A stretch of DNA of 15,619 nt from Candidatus Omnitrophota bacterium (GCA_030691585.1 JAUYEC010000109.1:1-15619); one strand, 5' to 3'. Positions 1 to 7,953 are shown, numbered from the stretch's first letter. Translations and numbers: made by a program. Notes: generated by a model not told the origin, from the sequence alone.

Positions 1-1028
1 AGCCGTGCCTGCTCGCGCGCAAAACCTTTATCCTGAAGTTTCTTGAGCATTACTTGCGGCTCATCCGAAGGCAGAATATCGAATTTCTCCTTGACCATTC
101 CGGCAAAGGAACGCCGCTGCCAGGGAGTTTTTAAATTAATCGTCTTACCCTGATAGGTGATCTCATCTTTGCCGAACAGATCCCTGGCAATACCGGTGAT
201 CAACTCCTGCGACATATTCATCATCGTCTCATAATTACCGTATGCCTCGTAAACTTCCAACATGGTGAATTCCGGGTTGTGCCGGGTGGAGACGCCTTCA
301 TTGCGGAAACTGCGGTTGATCTCATAAACCCGGTCAAGACCGCCGACCAGGAGCCGCTTGAGGTAAAGCTCCGGTGCGATGCGCAGAAAAAAATCCGTAT
401 CGTATTCGTTATGGTGCGTCTTAAACGGCCGGCCCGCGGCACCCCCTGCGATATTATGCATCATCGGAGTCTCTACTTCCAGGAAAGAACGGGCGTTAAG
501 GAAAGCCCGGATCTGGCTTATGATGCGCGTGCGCGCCAGGAAAACTTTTTTTACTTCTTCGTTAGAGACCAGGTCGAGGTAGCGCTGGCGGTAGCGGATC
601 TCCACGTCCTTTAGACCGTGCCATTTTTCCGGCAGCGGACGCAAGGCCTTGGAAAGAACAGTAAACTCCTCTACCTTTACCGTGGGTTCCTGGGTATGCG
701 TCTTAAACAGCTCGCCAGTTACCGCGATAAAATCAGCAATATCAACATTATCCAGTAATTCAAATAACTCCGAACCTGCGGTATCGCTTTTAAGATAAAG
801 CTGGATCTTGCCGGTTGTATCGCGCAGATCCATAAAGCAGGCTTTGCCGTGCTGGCGCTTGGCCATGACGCGGCCGCAAAAGCTGACCTTCCTGCCTTCC
901 TGAAAGTCAACAAGTGCCGGACCAATATCCGTGCGCAAACCCTTCGGCGCGCCGTAGATATCAATGCCCTTTGCCCTCAAAGCCTCTAATTTTGCCTTAC
1001 GTTGGCTGATTATATCGTCTAGTTCCAT
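1..1028 (-). CDS. lysS: Lysyl-tRNA synthetase (class II), N-terminal ~342 aa; the C-terminal part lies beyond the window start
   Basis: Minus-strand frame starts at ATG 1028 with SD AAGGAG 7 nt upstream. It translates MELDDIISQRKAKLEALRAKGIDIYGAP... and contains the class II motif-2 signature FRNEGVSTRHNPEFTMLE. The frame is open to position 1 with no stop in the window, so it is missing from the ORF track. Confidence 0.9.
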   Translation of the reverse strand, partial: MELDDIISQRKAKLEALRAKGIDIYGAPKGLRTDIGPALVDFQEGRKVSFCGRVMAKRQHGKACFMDLRDTTGKIQLYLKSDTAGSELFELLDNVDIADFIAVTGELFKTHTQEPTVKVEEFTVLSKALRPLPEKWHGLKDVEIRYRQRYLDLVSNEEVKKVFLARTRIISQIRAFLNARSFLEVETPMMHNIAGGAAGRPFKTHHNEYDTDFFLRIAPELYLKRLLVGGLDRVYEINRSFRNEGVSTRHNPEFTMLEVYEAYGNYETMMNMSQELITGIARDLFGKDEITYQGKTINLKTPWQRRSFAGMVKEKFDILPSDEPQVMLKKLQDKGFAREQAR

Positions 1029-1241
1029 CCTTCGACTCCTTATGGTCGCTTGGTTCGACTGCGCTCACCATGCTTCGCAGAACACATTCGACTACGCTCA
1101 GTGTTCGCCCTGAACCATGTTGAAGGGCGAACCATGCTGAGCCCGTCGAAGCACAGGATGACACCGAGTATAGTCGAGGTGCCATCCTTCGACTCCTTTC
1201 AGTCGCTCGGGATGACACCGAGCGTAGTCGAGGTGCCATAG
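1029..1241 (-). repeat. About 210-nt lysS leader built from degenerate direct and inverted repeats, including a duplicated copy of the lysS SD+ATG
   Basis: Roughly 42-nt units of the form GGATGACACCGAG(TA/CG)TAGTCGAGGTGCCATCCTTCGACTCCTT occur at about 1157-1199 and 1208-1240. CCATCCTTCGACTCCTTA at 1025-1043 is the real lysS SD/start (AAGGAGTCGAAGGATGG on the minus strand) and is copied at 1182-1199. There are also inverted copies such as TTCGACTACGCTCAGTG at 1109-1125. Confidence 0.5.
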
Positions 1242-1248
1242 TTTTTTA

Positions 1249-1277
1249 ATTATATAATATAAATAATGCCGTGTCAA
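1249..1277 (-). promoter_or_regulatory. Consensus sigma70 promoter for lysS (TTGACA-17-TATAAT on the minus strand)
   Basis: Reverse complement of 1272-1277 is TTGACA. There is a 17-nt spacer. Reverse complement of 1249-1254 is TATAAT. The predicted TSS is near 1242, giving a ~210-nt leader to the ATG at 1028. Confidence 0.55.
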
Positions 1278-1301
1278 TTATTACCTGTCGTCGTATCAGG
1301 C

Positions 1302-1330
1302 GTAGGGGCGGGTTTCAGACCCGCCCCTAC
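1302..1330. repeat. Palindromic hairpin GTAGGGGCGGGT-TTCAG-ACCCGCCCCTAC, a variant of the GTAGGGACAG repeat family
   Basis: Perfect 12-bp inverted repeat with a 5-nt loop, read directly. It shares the GTAGGG...CCCTAC termini with the hairpins at 6177, 6222 and 7980. Confidence 0.6.
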
Positions 1331-1348
1331 AACACCATCTAAAAAACA

Positions 1349-1375
1349 CAGGGACAGCATAGCATGCTGTCCCTG
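1349..1375 (-). terminator. Rho-independent terminator for the 1402-1854 gene, built from a repeat-family hairpin
   Basis: CAGGGACAGCAT-AGC-ATGCTGTCCCTG is a 12-bp stem. On the minus strand it is followed by UGUUUUUU (reverse complement of 1341-1348). Confidence 0.55.
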
Positions 1376-1401
1376 CTCAAAAAAACCTTCTCTTTTAATT
1401 G

Positions 1402-1854
1402 TTATTTAGCTAACTTGCGGTAGCCGATGTATATCAGTACGACAAAAGCGGCCAGTAACGATAGGAATTTCATCCAATCGTACAATTCCGACCAATAGTT
1501 GGCATAGCCGTCTACCAGCGTAAAAATACCGCCGAACATGAGCCCTGTTCCAACCGCCTGGATCGGCACAAGCGCGCCCATTATCACCGCGGCCAGGCCT
1601 ACGGGAACAGCTACAATAAACAGATATTGCTGAAAGATTTTCTCTTTCTGCCGCCAGATCCTTTCTTTTGCTTTCCTTTCAGCATCCATTTTGGCTTTCT
1701 GCTCTGGGGCCGCACCCTCATATTGGCGATAAGAAGAATTGTCATAGCGGTCTTGCCATTTGGGCGCGGGAACAAATGTACTCACCCCGTAATGGACCAA
1801 CATAGGCAGGATAATCGCTATCCCAAAACCTAACGCAAACTTTTTCGCAAGCAT
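1402..1854 (-). CDS. Membrane protein of unknown function (150 aa, about 4 TM segments with a charged central loop)
   Basis: ORF has SD AAGGAGGG 3-4 nt upstream of ATG 1854. Hydrophobic segments flank a K/E/R-rich loop. It is the last gene of the rubrerythrin-SPFH operon. Confidence 0.6.
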   Translation of the reverse strand: MLAKKFALGFGIAIILPMLVHYGVSTFVPAPKWQDRYDNSSYRQYEGAAPEQKAKMDAERKAKERIWRQKEKIFQQYLFIVAVPVGLAAVIMGALVPIQAVGTGLMFGGIFTLVDGYANYWSELYDWMKFLSLLAAFVVLIYIGYRKLAK

Positions 1855-1905
1855 TTTCCCTCCTTGTTATTTACCCGGGGACAGATCCTTTAGAACTCCT
1901 CCCCG

Positions 1906-2802
1906 CTATTCCTTATTAACCGTCCTGACCAACGGAATGCCGTTGTCACCGCTTGGGATATAGACGGTGGTGTGATTCTGGCCGTTGGCCATCATCATTT
2001 GAGCTTTGATGGCTTCGTGCTGTAAATAAGCCTGGGTCAAAGTCTTGTTTATAATACCCTGTGCCTCGGCAATACCTTTAGCCTCGATGACTTTTCTATC
2101 CGCCTCCTGAGATTCTTTTGTTAATACAAATTTCATCTGCTCGCTTTCCTGCTCCGCCTTGAGTTTCTGCTCTATGGCGATAGCCACAGTCGGAGGAAGA
2201 GTGACCGATCTCAACAAAACCTTTTCTAATATAATGCCCCTCTCGGCGAGCATTTTTTCCAGGTCATTGGATATCTTCTGCGTGATCTCATCCCTGCCTG
2301 AAGTATAAAGCGCCTTGGCTTCATAATAAACAGTTGCTTCTCTGGCGGCGGAGCGGAATTGCGGGACAACCACCACATCATCATAATCCCTACCTATTGT
2401 TTTATAGATGTTGCTTGCTTTTTCAGGATTGAGACGATAAAGGATGGAAATATCTATCAACATGGACAAGCCCTCTTTTGAAGGGACCTGCATTACTTCT
2501 TTCAGTTCTTGGGTCTGAATATCCATTAAGACCAGGTTGACGAAAGGATTTACCAGGTTTATCCCTGCCTTCCTGGCTGAGTCATCAACATGCCCCCACA
2601 AATCGACTATGCCCACATGGCCTGCCGGGACAATTCTGATCAAACTAAAGAAAACCAAAGCTATAGCAAAAACTACGCCGACTATACCGGCATCTTTAGC
2701 TATATGCGCGTAATTACGGCCATCTTGCTTGAGATTGAACTTGCCGGACAAACCAGCTAACACGAAACTAACTGCTAATAGCATCAACGCGAATACAAAC
2801 AT
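1906..2802 (-). CDS. SPFH/band-7 (prohibitin/HflC-like) membrane protein, 298 aa
   Basis: Has an N-terminal TM segment, then an SPFH core (..VVVPQFRSAAREATVYYEAKALYTSGRDEI.. AIAIEQKLKAEQESEQ). Start was moved from TTG 2826 (ORF track) to ATG 2802, which has SD AAGGAGGG 4 nt upstream. Confidence 0.85.
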   Translation of the reverse strand: MFVFALMLLAVSFVLAGLSGKFNLKQDGRNYAHIAKDAGIVGVVFAIALVFFSLIRIVPAGHVGIVDLWGHVDDSARKAGINLVNPFVNLVLMDIQTQELKEVMQVPSKEGLSMLIDISILYRLNPEKASNIYKTIGRDYDDVVVVPQFRSAAREATVYYEAKALYTSGRDEITQKISNDLEKMLAERGIILEKVLLRSVTLPPTVAIAIEQKLKAEQESEQMKFVLTKESQEADRKVIEAKGIAEAQGIINKTLTQAYLQHEAIKAQMMMANGQNHTTVYIPSGDNGIPLVRTVNKE

Positions 2803-2836
2803 CTTACCCTCCTTGTCAGGAAACAATTCTTATGAT

Positions 2837-3415
2837 TTAATAATTCTCGGCTAAGATCTCATAGTAGCCTTGCGGATGCTTGCAGGCCGGGCATTCTTTC
2901 GGCGCCTCTGCGCCCTCAATGACATAGCCGCAGTTGATACAGTGCCAGCGGACCGCCGCTTTCTTCTTAAACACCTCGCCGTTTGATATGTTGTTGATCA
3001 GTTTCCTGTATCTTGACTCATGGAATTTTTCCACCTTGGAGATCTGCTCGAACGAGCGCGCCACATCGGCAAAACCCTCGTTCTCGGCAGTCTTGGCAAA
3101 ATCCGCGTAAAGGATGGTCCACTCCAGGTTCTCTCCGGCCGCCGCCCCTTCAAGATTAACTTTAGTGCTCTTGATCGCGCCCGCGGGGTAAGACGCGGTA
3201 ATTTCCACATCCCCTCCCTCGAGATATTTAAAAAATACCTTGGCATGTTCTTTTTCGTTTTCCGCTGTCTCGGTAAAGATGTTGGCGATCTGCTCAAGCC
3301 CTTCTTTTCGCGCGGCCGAGGCAAAATAGGTATATCTGTTTCTTGCCTGTGATTCACCGGCAAAAGAAGCGAGAAGATTTTTTTCTGTTTTTGTCCCTTT
3401 AATAGACTTGCTCAT
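2837..3415 (-). CDS. rbr: Rubrerythrin (diiron ferritin-like domain plus C-terminal rubredoxin-like Cys4)
   Basis: ExxH diiron motifs are present ([18 protein letters not shown]). The C-terminus has CINCGY...CPACKHP. SD GGAAGGAG lies upstream of ATG 3415. Confidence 0.9.
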   Translation of the reverse strand: MSKSIKGTKTEKNLLASFAGESQARNRYTYFASAARKEGLEQIANIFTETAENEKEHAKVFFKYLEGGDVEITASYPAGAIKSTKVNLEGAAAGENLEWTILYADFAKTAENEGFADVARSFEQISKVEKFHESRYRKLINNISNGEVFKKKAAVRWHCINCGYVIEGAEAPKECPACKHPQGYYEILAENY

Positions 3416-3448
3416 TTCGTAACTCCTTCCTCAATTTTTTTCATAAGT

Positions 3449-3557
3449 TTGGGGACGTTCCCTAAGGGGACACCCTTCTAAACATGCTTATTTTTAACCT
3501 ATTTATTTACAACTACTTACGAGCGCCAAGCATGGTACCTGGGGGAACGTCCCCCAA
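3449..3557. promoter_or_regulatory. Long-range inverted repeat, TTGGGGACGTTCCC (3449-3463) with GGGGGAACGTCCCCCAAG (3541-3558), bracketing the region upstream of rbr. A nested CATGCTT/AAGCATG inverted repeat lies inside it.
   Basis: Read directly. The same GGGGGACG(T)T...AACGTCCCCC motif recurs at 8793-8823 upstream of the flavodoxin-ferredoxin gene. Confidence 0.35.
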
Positions 3558-3561
3558 GTTA

Positions 3562-4524
3562 CTACGCGTTATATTCGGATAGGCGTTTGATGCGCTTGAG
3601 CACGTTCGGGTGGGTGCTTAAAGTTTCCATAAGCCGGTCCCCGAAATTCAGGCTGACCTTTTTTTCCTTGAGATACCTCAACTCATTAGCGTCGATGGTA
3701 CCGCTTTTATCCAGGTCAAGCTGGCTCAATTCTTTGATCTCGTTTAAGGCCTGCGACGGGTCATTGACAAAAAAAGCCTTGAGCCCCTCTACTTCCTTAA
3801 GGGAATCTTTACTCGTGCGCGCCGCCCCATACGCTAGCTTATAGAGGCTGGATGCCAGGGCCGACGGCTTATTGCCGAGTTCAACCGAACCTTTATCCGC
3901 GAAATATTCGCGGATACGCGAAGCATAGAGCACCAAGAGATTAGTGATAAAGTAGAACAGGAACGCCGCCACACCGATGAGCACACCGTTTCCGCCGCGA
4001 TCGTCGCGCCTGCGGCCGTAAAACAGGAACTGCCAGGCAATACGGTATAAGATCATCGGTATGACCGACAGCAATGTTATAGTGAGCACGTCGCGGTTTT
4101 TGAGGTGGCTCAGCTCATGGCCGAGCACCGCCTTTAATTCCTCTTCATTCAGGAGCCGCAGAATACCTTCGGTAACACAGACCCTGCCGTCGCGGATACC
4201 CCGGCCAAAAGCAAAGGCGTTGGGTAACGCGATCTGCGCGATGCCGACGCGCGGCATGGGAATATTCGCCTTAACCGCCAGGCCCTCTACCATACGGAAA
4301 AGCTGCGGGTTTTCTTCCTTTTTGATATATTTTACCCGCATCGTCCATTCCACGATCTTGGGCCCAAGCATATACTGGATAAACATCATCACAAAAGAAA
4401 GGATGATGTAAAAACCGAAGTCCCCGACATGCAGGACATTGCGGCCGATAACCACGACCACCGCGTAAATTATCCCGAACAGGGCGGTTAATAATAACCA
4501 CATCCGTAATCTTAGAGACCACAT
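3562..4524 (-). CDS. HtpX-like M48 zinc metalloprotease with an inserted EF-hand Ca-binding loop
   Basis: N-terminal TM helices. HExxH motif is HELSHLKNRD. An EF-hand loop (DLDKSGTIDANE, pattern DxDxSGxIxxxE) precedes the C-terminal THPNVLKRI motif. SD AAGGAGG is 7 nt upstream of ATG 4524. Confidence 0.8.
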   Translation of the reverse strand: MWSLRLRMWLLLTALFGIIYAVVVVIGRNVLHVGDFGFYIILSFVMMFIQYMLGPKIVEWTMRVKYIKKEENPQLFRMVEGLAVKANIPMPRVGIAQIALPNAFAFGRGIRDGRVCVTEGILRLLNEEELKAVLGHELSHLKNRDVLTITLLSVIPMILYRIAWQFLFYGRRRDDRGGNGVLIGVAAFLFYFITNLLVLYASRIREYFADKGSVELGNKPSALASSLYKLAYGAARTSKDSLKEVEGLKAFFVNDPSQALNEIKELSQLDLDKSGTIDANELRYLKEKKVSLNFGDRLMETLSTHPNVLKRIKRLSEYNA

Positions 4525-4614
4525 GTTAGTTTCCTCCTTATCCCGTCGTCCGTCTTTCGTCTTTCGTAAAAAACGGAATACGATATACGGAAAACGAACG
4601 ACAATATCGTTTTT

Positions 4615-5004
4615 TTATTTTTTTACGTTTGCTCTTATCGCAAACCTGATCACCGGCTTGTCCGGATCGTCGGTATGCACATATACAAACTGCTTTGTCG
4701 GGCCATTATATCCTTTGGCTTTAAATTTTACTTCAATAGTCGTCTCTTCGCCCGGCGCAAGCTGTTTTTTCTTTACCGTCGACACCGTGCAGCCGCAAGA
4801 AGTAGTTACCTCCTTGATATTTAAAACTTTCTGGCCATGATTTTTCAGGACAAAGTTATGCGTCACAACCTGGGTCTCCTGCACCTTGCCGAAATCCCAG
4901 GCATTTTCTTCCGCGGGGGCTGCCGTTTGCTGCTCTGCACCACACGGCCTAAGGCATACTAATGAAAAAATTACCAACACCGAAAAAAATAATATTTTTT
5001 TCAT
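4615..5004 (-). CDS. Secreted DUF1573-family protein (129 aa) with signal peptide and a conserved CGC motif
   Basis: MKKILFFSVLVIFSLVC... signal peptide. DFGKV...NHG...TTSCGCTVS matches the DUF1573 pattern. ATG 5004 (SD GGAGGT 7 nt upstream) overlaps the TGA stop of the upstream gene as ATGA. The ORF-track start at 5019 is rejected. Confidence 0.75.
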   Translation of the reverse strand: MKKILFFSVLVIFSLVCLRPCGAEQQTAAPAEENAWDFGKVQETQVVTHNFVLKNHGQKVLNIKEVTTSCGCTVSTVKKKQLAPGEETTIEVKFKAKGYNGPTKQFVYVHTDDPDKPVIRFAIRANVKK

Positions 5005-6188
5005 CCCGCGTACCTCCATAATAAAAATATTCCCAGTCCGAAAAACAATAAACCCATCAATACCTTCACCGCTATCATCCGTTCTTTTAGAAAACGTCCG
5101 AAGTCCTCCGAGGTTACCCCTGTAAGAGCGAGTGCGAATATCGCAGAAAGCGGTGCCACAAACATCAGGTTATAAAGAACCAGGTAACCAAAGGCCTGCA
5201 ATTTCAGCGGCGAGGCCTTTAAGATAAAGGCAATGGTCGGCAGATACGTCTGCCCCGTGCAGACCGCCTCCAGCAATGAAATAAGAAATCCGCAGATAAA
5301 GGCGCTGATGACAAGATCCCACAAAACGTTCTTTTTGGGCTGGTCCCCTCCGGTTTTCCTGTAGTGCAGGCCGATGACATGATGGATCCTGTTCTTGATA
5401 CTTTGCGGCAGCTGCAGCAGGAGCCCGTCCGCGGAGCCGGTTTTCTTAAATTTAATTATATCATACACCGCGGCAATTCCCAGCGCGATACTGAAGACCC
5501 CGATACCAATATTGATTGCTCTAGCCGCCAGCCAAAAACCTTTCAGGTAATAGAGGAAATTGAATATACCCAGGCCAAGCAACAAATATGTCAAAAAGAC
5601 CGCAAAGATAAAAGTGCTGCCTACGACAATAAGCTCTCTTTTTTTATAGCCCTGCAGCGCCAGATACGAGATGAAAAAAACGATCACGGTAAAGGCGCAG
5701 GGATTAATGCCGTCAATAAGCCCGGCGCCTACGACAGCCAGCGGCTTAAAAGCGCGGAAGCGCTCGGTTAGATCCACAGGCTCAAGGCTGCTGCCTGCAC
5801 TGGATGTGCCTGCGCGGTTGATCAGCCACCTGAGATTCTGGGCGTTAACTTGCCTGCCGTTTAAGAAATTTCCTTCAAAATAAAATACCGGCACCACGAT
5901 CTCCAGGCCTTTTTGGTATTTTTCCCTGAGGCCGAGGAGTAATTTATAATTTTCAATATCGCTGTTATCAAGCTCCTCTATCTCTACGCGGCCGGCAAAC
6001 TCAATTGCTATCTGCGGCAGCAATTCCGTCTTTATCTCCATACACTTGTGGCACGACGGAGAAAAAAATACCAGTAGTTTTTTGACAGGCAACGGCTCAT
6101 CAGCCGCGCATAATAGGCCGCGGGCCAGTAAAAATAAGACCGTTATAGCAAAAATTCTTTTTATCATATACCGGTGTAGGGACAGCAT
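5001..6188 (-). CDS. Thioredoxin-like domain (CHKC) fused to a CcdA/DsbD-type transmembrane disulfide-transfer domain
   Basis: Signal peptide, then a Trx fold with FFSPSCHKCM. Multi-TM region has GINPCAF and AVCTGQTYLP cysteines typical of CcdA/DsbD beta. Start may be ATG 6167 (MIKRIF... signal peptide) rather than 6188, because the ATG at 6188 sits inside a 13-bp palindromic hairpin. Confidence 0.75.
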   Translation of the reverse strand: MLSLHRYMIKRIFAITVLFLLARGLLCAADEPLPVKKLLVFFSPSCHKCMEIKTELLPQIAIEFAGRVEIEELDNSDIENYKLLLGLREKYQKGLEIVVPVFYFEGNFLNGRQVNAQNLRWLINRAGTSSAGSSLEPVDLTERFRAFKPLAVVGAGLIDGINPCAFTVIVFFISYLALQGYKKRELIVVGSTFIFAVFLTYLLLGLGIFNFLYYLKGFWLAARAINIGIGVFSIALGIAAVYDIIKFKKTGSADGLLLQLPQSIKNRIHHVIGLHYRKTGGDQPKKNVLWDLVISAFICGFLISLLEAVCTGQTYLPTIAFILKASPLKLQAFGYLVLYNLMFVAPLSAIFALALTGVTSEDFGRFLKERMIAVKVLMGLLFFGLGIFLLWRYAG

Positions 6189-6205
6189 AATATGCTGTCC
6201 CTACA
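6177..6205. repeat. Palindromic repeat GTAGGGACAGCAT-AAT-ATGCTGTCCCTAC
   Basis: Perfect 13-bp inverted repeat. It contains the annotated ATG of the Trx-CcdA gene. Confidence 0.7.
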
Positions 6206-6221
6206 AACCCATTGTGTTCCG

Positions 6222-6250
6222 GTAGGGACAGGTTTGAAACCTGTCCCTAC
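6222..6250. repeat. Palindromic repeat GTAGGGACAGGTTTGAAACCTGTCCCTAC
   Basis: 12-14-bp inverted repeat. It matches the copy at 7980-8008 at 28 of 29 positions. Confidence 0.7.
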
Positions 6251-6266
6251 AAAATCACTATCAATA

Positions 6267-7724
6267 TCAAGTGTTGCTGACAAAAGTCCGCTTCAATGAA
6301 TCGGCGAGGCGGCCGCGCTGAATTTCCCTGTTTATGGCACTTGCGATCAGGCGCGGGAACATAATGATCAGTTGAGCCACCTCCCGCACCGTAAAGAACC
6401 TGACCACAAAAATATTCTTGCCCAGCATTTTCATAAAGCGCGACGGCGTGTAAAACGAAAATCTTAACTTCCTGCCGATTTTTTTTAAGCGTGAATGGGG
6501 GAATTCATCGGAATAAAGCGCGCCGCTTTCTGTAACGTGGTAACCCGGGGTGTTTTCCGCCAGGGCCTTAAGCGGAGAAAATTTCTCGATCCTGAGCTTG
6601 TTGAGAGTAATAGAATCTACGCCGATCTCTTTGGCGAATTGCGAAATATAAAGCATCTCCTCTTCAGTCTCGCCGATATTGCCGTAAATAAAATATCCGT
6701 GATAATAGATCGGGTATTTCTTTAAAACGCTAAAGGCCTGCCTGACCGTGGCCGAGGTAAAGCCCTTGTTCATCTGTGCTAAGATCCTGTCGTGCGGTGA
6801 CTCAATGCCGATTAAAAGCACCTTAAAACCGGCCTTGACCATTTTTTCAAGCAGGCGCGGGTAACGCGCTACCTCAAGCCGGGCCTGCGCTATAAAACGT
6901 TTTTTTATTTTGCGCGCGATCAAGAGGTCGCAGATCTCCTCGGCGCGGCCGGGATTGGCGAAAAAATTGTCGTCGCTAAAGAGCACCACCTTGGCCTCCA
7001 GCCCCTCCAGCTCATCTACGACCGACTGGTTGGAGCGCGGGGCGTAGTTGCGTTTCTGGCCGAGCGGATTAAGGCTGAAGGTGCAGAATTTACAGTTGTG
7101 CGGACAGCCGCGGGCGGAGAGCACCGCGTCAAATTTCAGGTTCATCACGTCAATGCCGTTTAGCATTAAGTAATATTTATTGTGCCTTAAGGCGCGGTCC
7201 GGAAAAGCGATCGCGTCCACCCCGGGCAACGGCCTGTTGGCATTATGCACCACCGCGCCGTTCTTGCGGTATGATAGGCCCAGGATATTTTCCAAAGGCA
7301 TGCCAATTAAAATCTCTTTTATGGTCTCCTCGCCCTCGCCCCGGACGATAATATCAATACGCGGGCAGTCCCGGAAAAGCTCTTCCACTTTTTCCGTGGC
7401 TGTATAGCCGCCGACAACCACTCTAACGCCCGCCGGGATAAGACTGATCAAGGCATAGATCTCTTTTAGCTGACGGTCCCAGCCGATAGCAACACAGACG
7501 ATATCCACGCCGGAACGGATAAAATCCATCAGTTTATCAGGACGGGAAAGCTCTTCCTCGTGCCTTAAATCCAAAAGGGTAACCTTCTCCGCCAGCCCTT
7601 TGGCGGCGGTAGCCACATATTCCAGCCCCACCGGCGGAAAAAGCTTCATCGTGGAATTGGCGTTGCAATCGACGTAAGGATTCAAAAACAAAGCGTGCTT
7701 ATATTTTAGCGGTGAGTTTTCCAA
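6267..7724 (-). CDS. B12-binding (class B) radical SAM enzyme, function unknown
   Basis: N-terminal cobalamin-binding-like region (ALFLNPYV...VGLEYVATAAKG...VVVGGYTAT). Radical SAM CxxxCxxC is present (RGCPHNCKFC). The annotated start is TTG 7724 with a weak SD. An internal ATG at 7649 lacks SD and would remove the conserved N-terminal motif. Confidence 0.85.
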   Translation of the reverse strand: MENSPLKYKHALFLNPYVDCNANSTMKLFPPVGLEYVATAAKGLAEKVTLLDLRHEEELSRPDKLMDFIRSGVDIVCVAIGWDRQLKEIYALISLIPAGVRVVVGGYTATEKVEELFRDCPRIDIIVRGEGEETIKEILIGMPLENILGLSYRKNGAVVHNANRPLPGVDAIAFPDRALRHNKYYLMLNGIDVMNLKFDAVLSARGCPHNCKFCTFSLNPLGQKRNYAPRSNQSVVDELEGLEAKVVLFSDDNFFANPGRAEEICDLLIARKIKKRFIAQARLEVARYPRLLEKMVKAGFKVLLIGIESPHDRILAQMNKGFTSATVRQAFSVLKKYPIYYHGYFIYGNIGETEEEMLYISQFAKEIGVDSITLNKLRIEKFSPLKALAENTPGYHVTESGALYSDEFPHSRLKKIGRKLRFSFYTPSRFMKMLGKNIFVVRFFTVREVAQLIIMFPRLIASAINREIQRGRLADSLKRTFVSNT

Positions 7725-7758
7725 TTTAATTGTCCATCTTTAAGCTGTATTTTTACTT

Positions 7759-7953
7759 TTAGTTCTCAGGCGAATGCGGAATTACGTGTACATAACCGCC
7801 CGGCTTTTCTTTGGCGCTCATGGTGATACACTTATCAAGCTCAAAGGTGTCGGCGATAGATTTGGTCAAAGGCAGGCGCATAATGATGTCGGCGCAGAGA
7901 GCGATCAGAATAAAAAGCAGCAGGACATCTCTTCTCTCCCATTTCTGTTTCAT
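7759..7953 (-). CDS. Small 64-aa membrane-anchored protein of unknown function
   Basis: ATG 7953 has strong SD GAGGAGG 7 nt upstream. The N-terminus has KQKWERRD then a TM helix (VLLLFILIALCADIIM). The C-terminal ~35 aa is hydrophilic. It lies 34 nt upstream of the radical SAM gene on the same strand. Confidence 0.5.
   Translation of the reverse strand: MKQKWERRDVLLLFILIALCADIIMRLPLTKSIADTFELDKCITMSAKEKPGGYVHVIPHSPEN

Noticed and set aside
279-614. Plus-strand ORFs 279-614 and 379-582
   Set aside because: They are antisense to the clearly conserved lysS reading frame. They have no SD and a low-complexity translation.
997-1239. 80-aa minus ORF MAPRLRSVSS... as a real protein
   Set aside because: Its internal repetition mirrors DNA-level repeats in the lysS leader. 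It overlaps the lysS start out of frame. It is treated as a leader/uORF feature, not an annotated gene.
1029-1241. T-box or lysine riboswitch in the lysS leader
   Set aside because: No T-box consensus (AGGGUGGNACCGCG) or L-box core is visible. Only repeats are present.
2802-2826. Extended TTG/GTG starts from the ORF track: 2826 (SPFH), 5019 (DUF1573), 8790 (flavodoxin), 11490 (purU) and 13516 (Pmp3)
   Set aside because: Internal ATGs with proper SD spacing, or with family-typical N-termini, fit better. The 11490 start would also overlap corA.
2998-3363. ORFs 2998-3363 (-) and 3020-3352 (+)
   Set aside because: They lie inside or antisense to the rubrerythrin gene, which has unmistakable diiron and rubredoxin motifs.
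3587-4522. ORFs 3587-3844 (+), 3834-4040 (-), 4061-4411 (+) and 4271-4522 (-)
   Set aside because: They are alternative frames or antisense of the HtpX-like gene, which has the HExxH motif and a strong SD.
4523-5125. ORFs 4523-4840 (+) and 4886-5125 (+)
   Set aside because: They are antisense to the DUF1573 and Trx-CcdA genes.
5364-5883. ORFs 5364-5771 (+) and 5671-5883 (+)
   Set aside because: They are antisense to the Trx-CcdA gene.
6495-7407. ORFs 6495-6725 (+) and 7180-7407 (+)
   Set aside because: They are antisense to the radical SAM gene.
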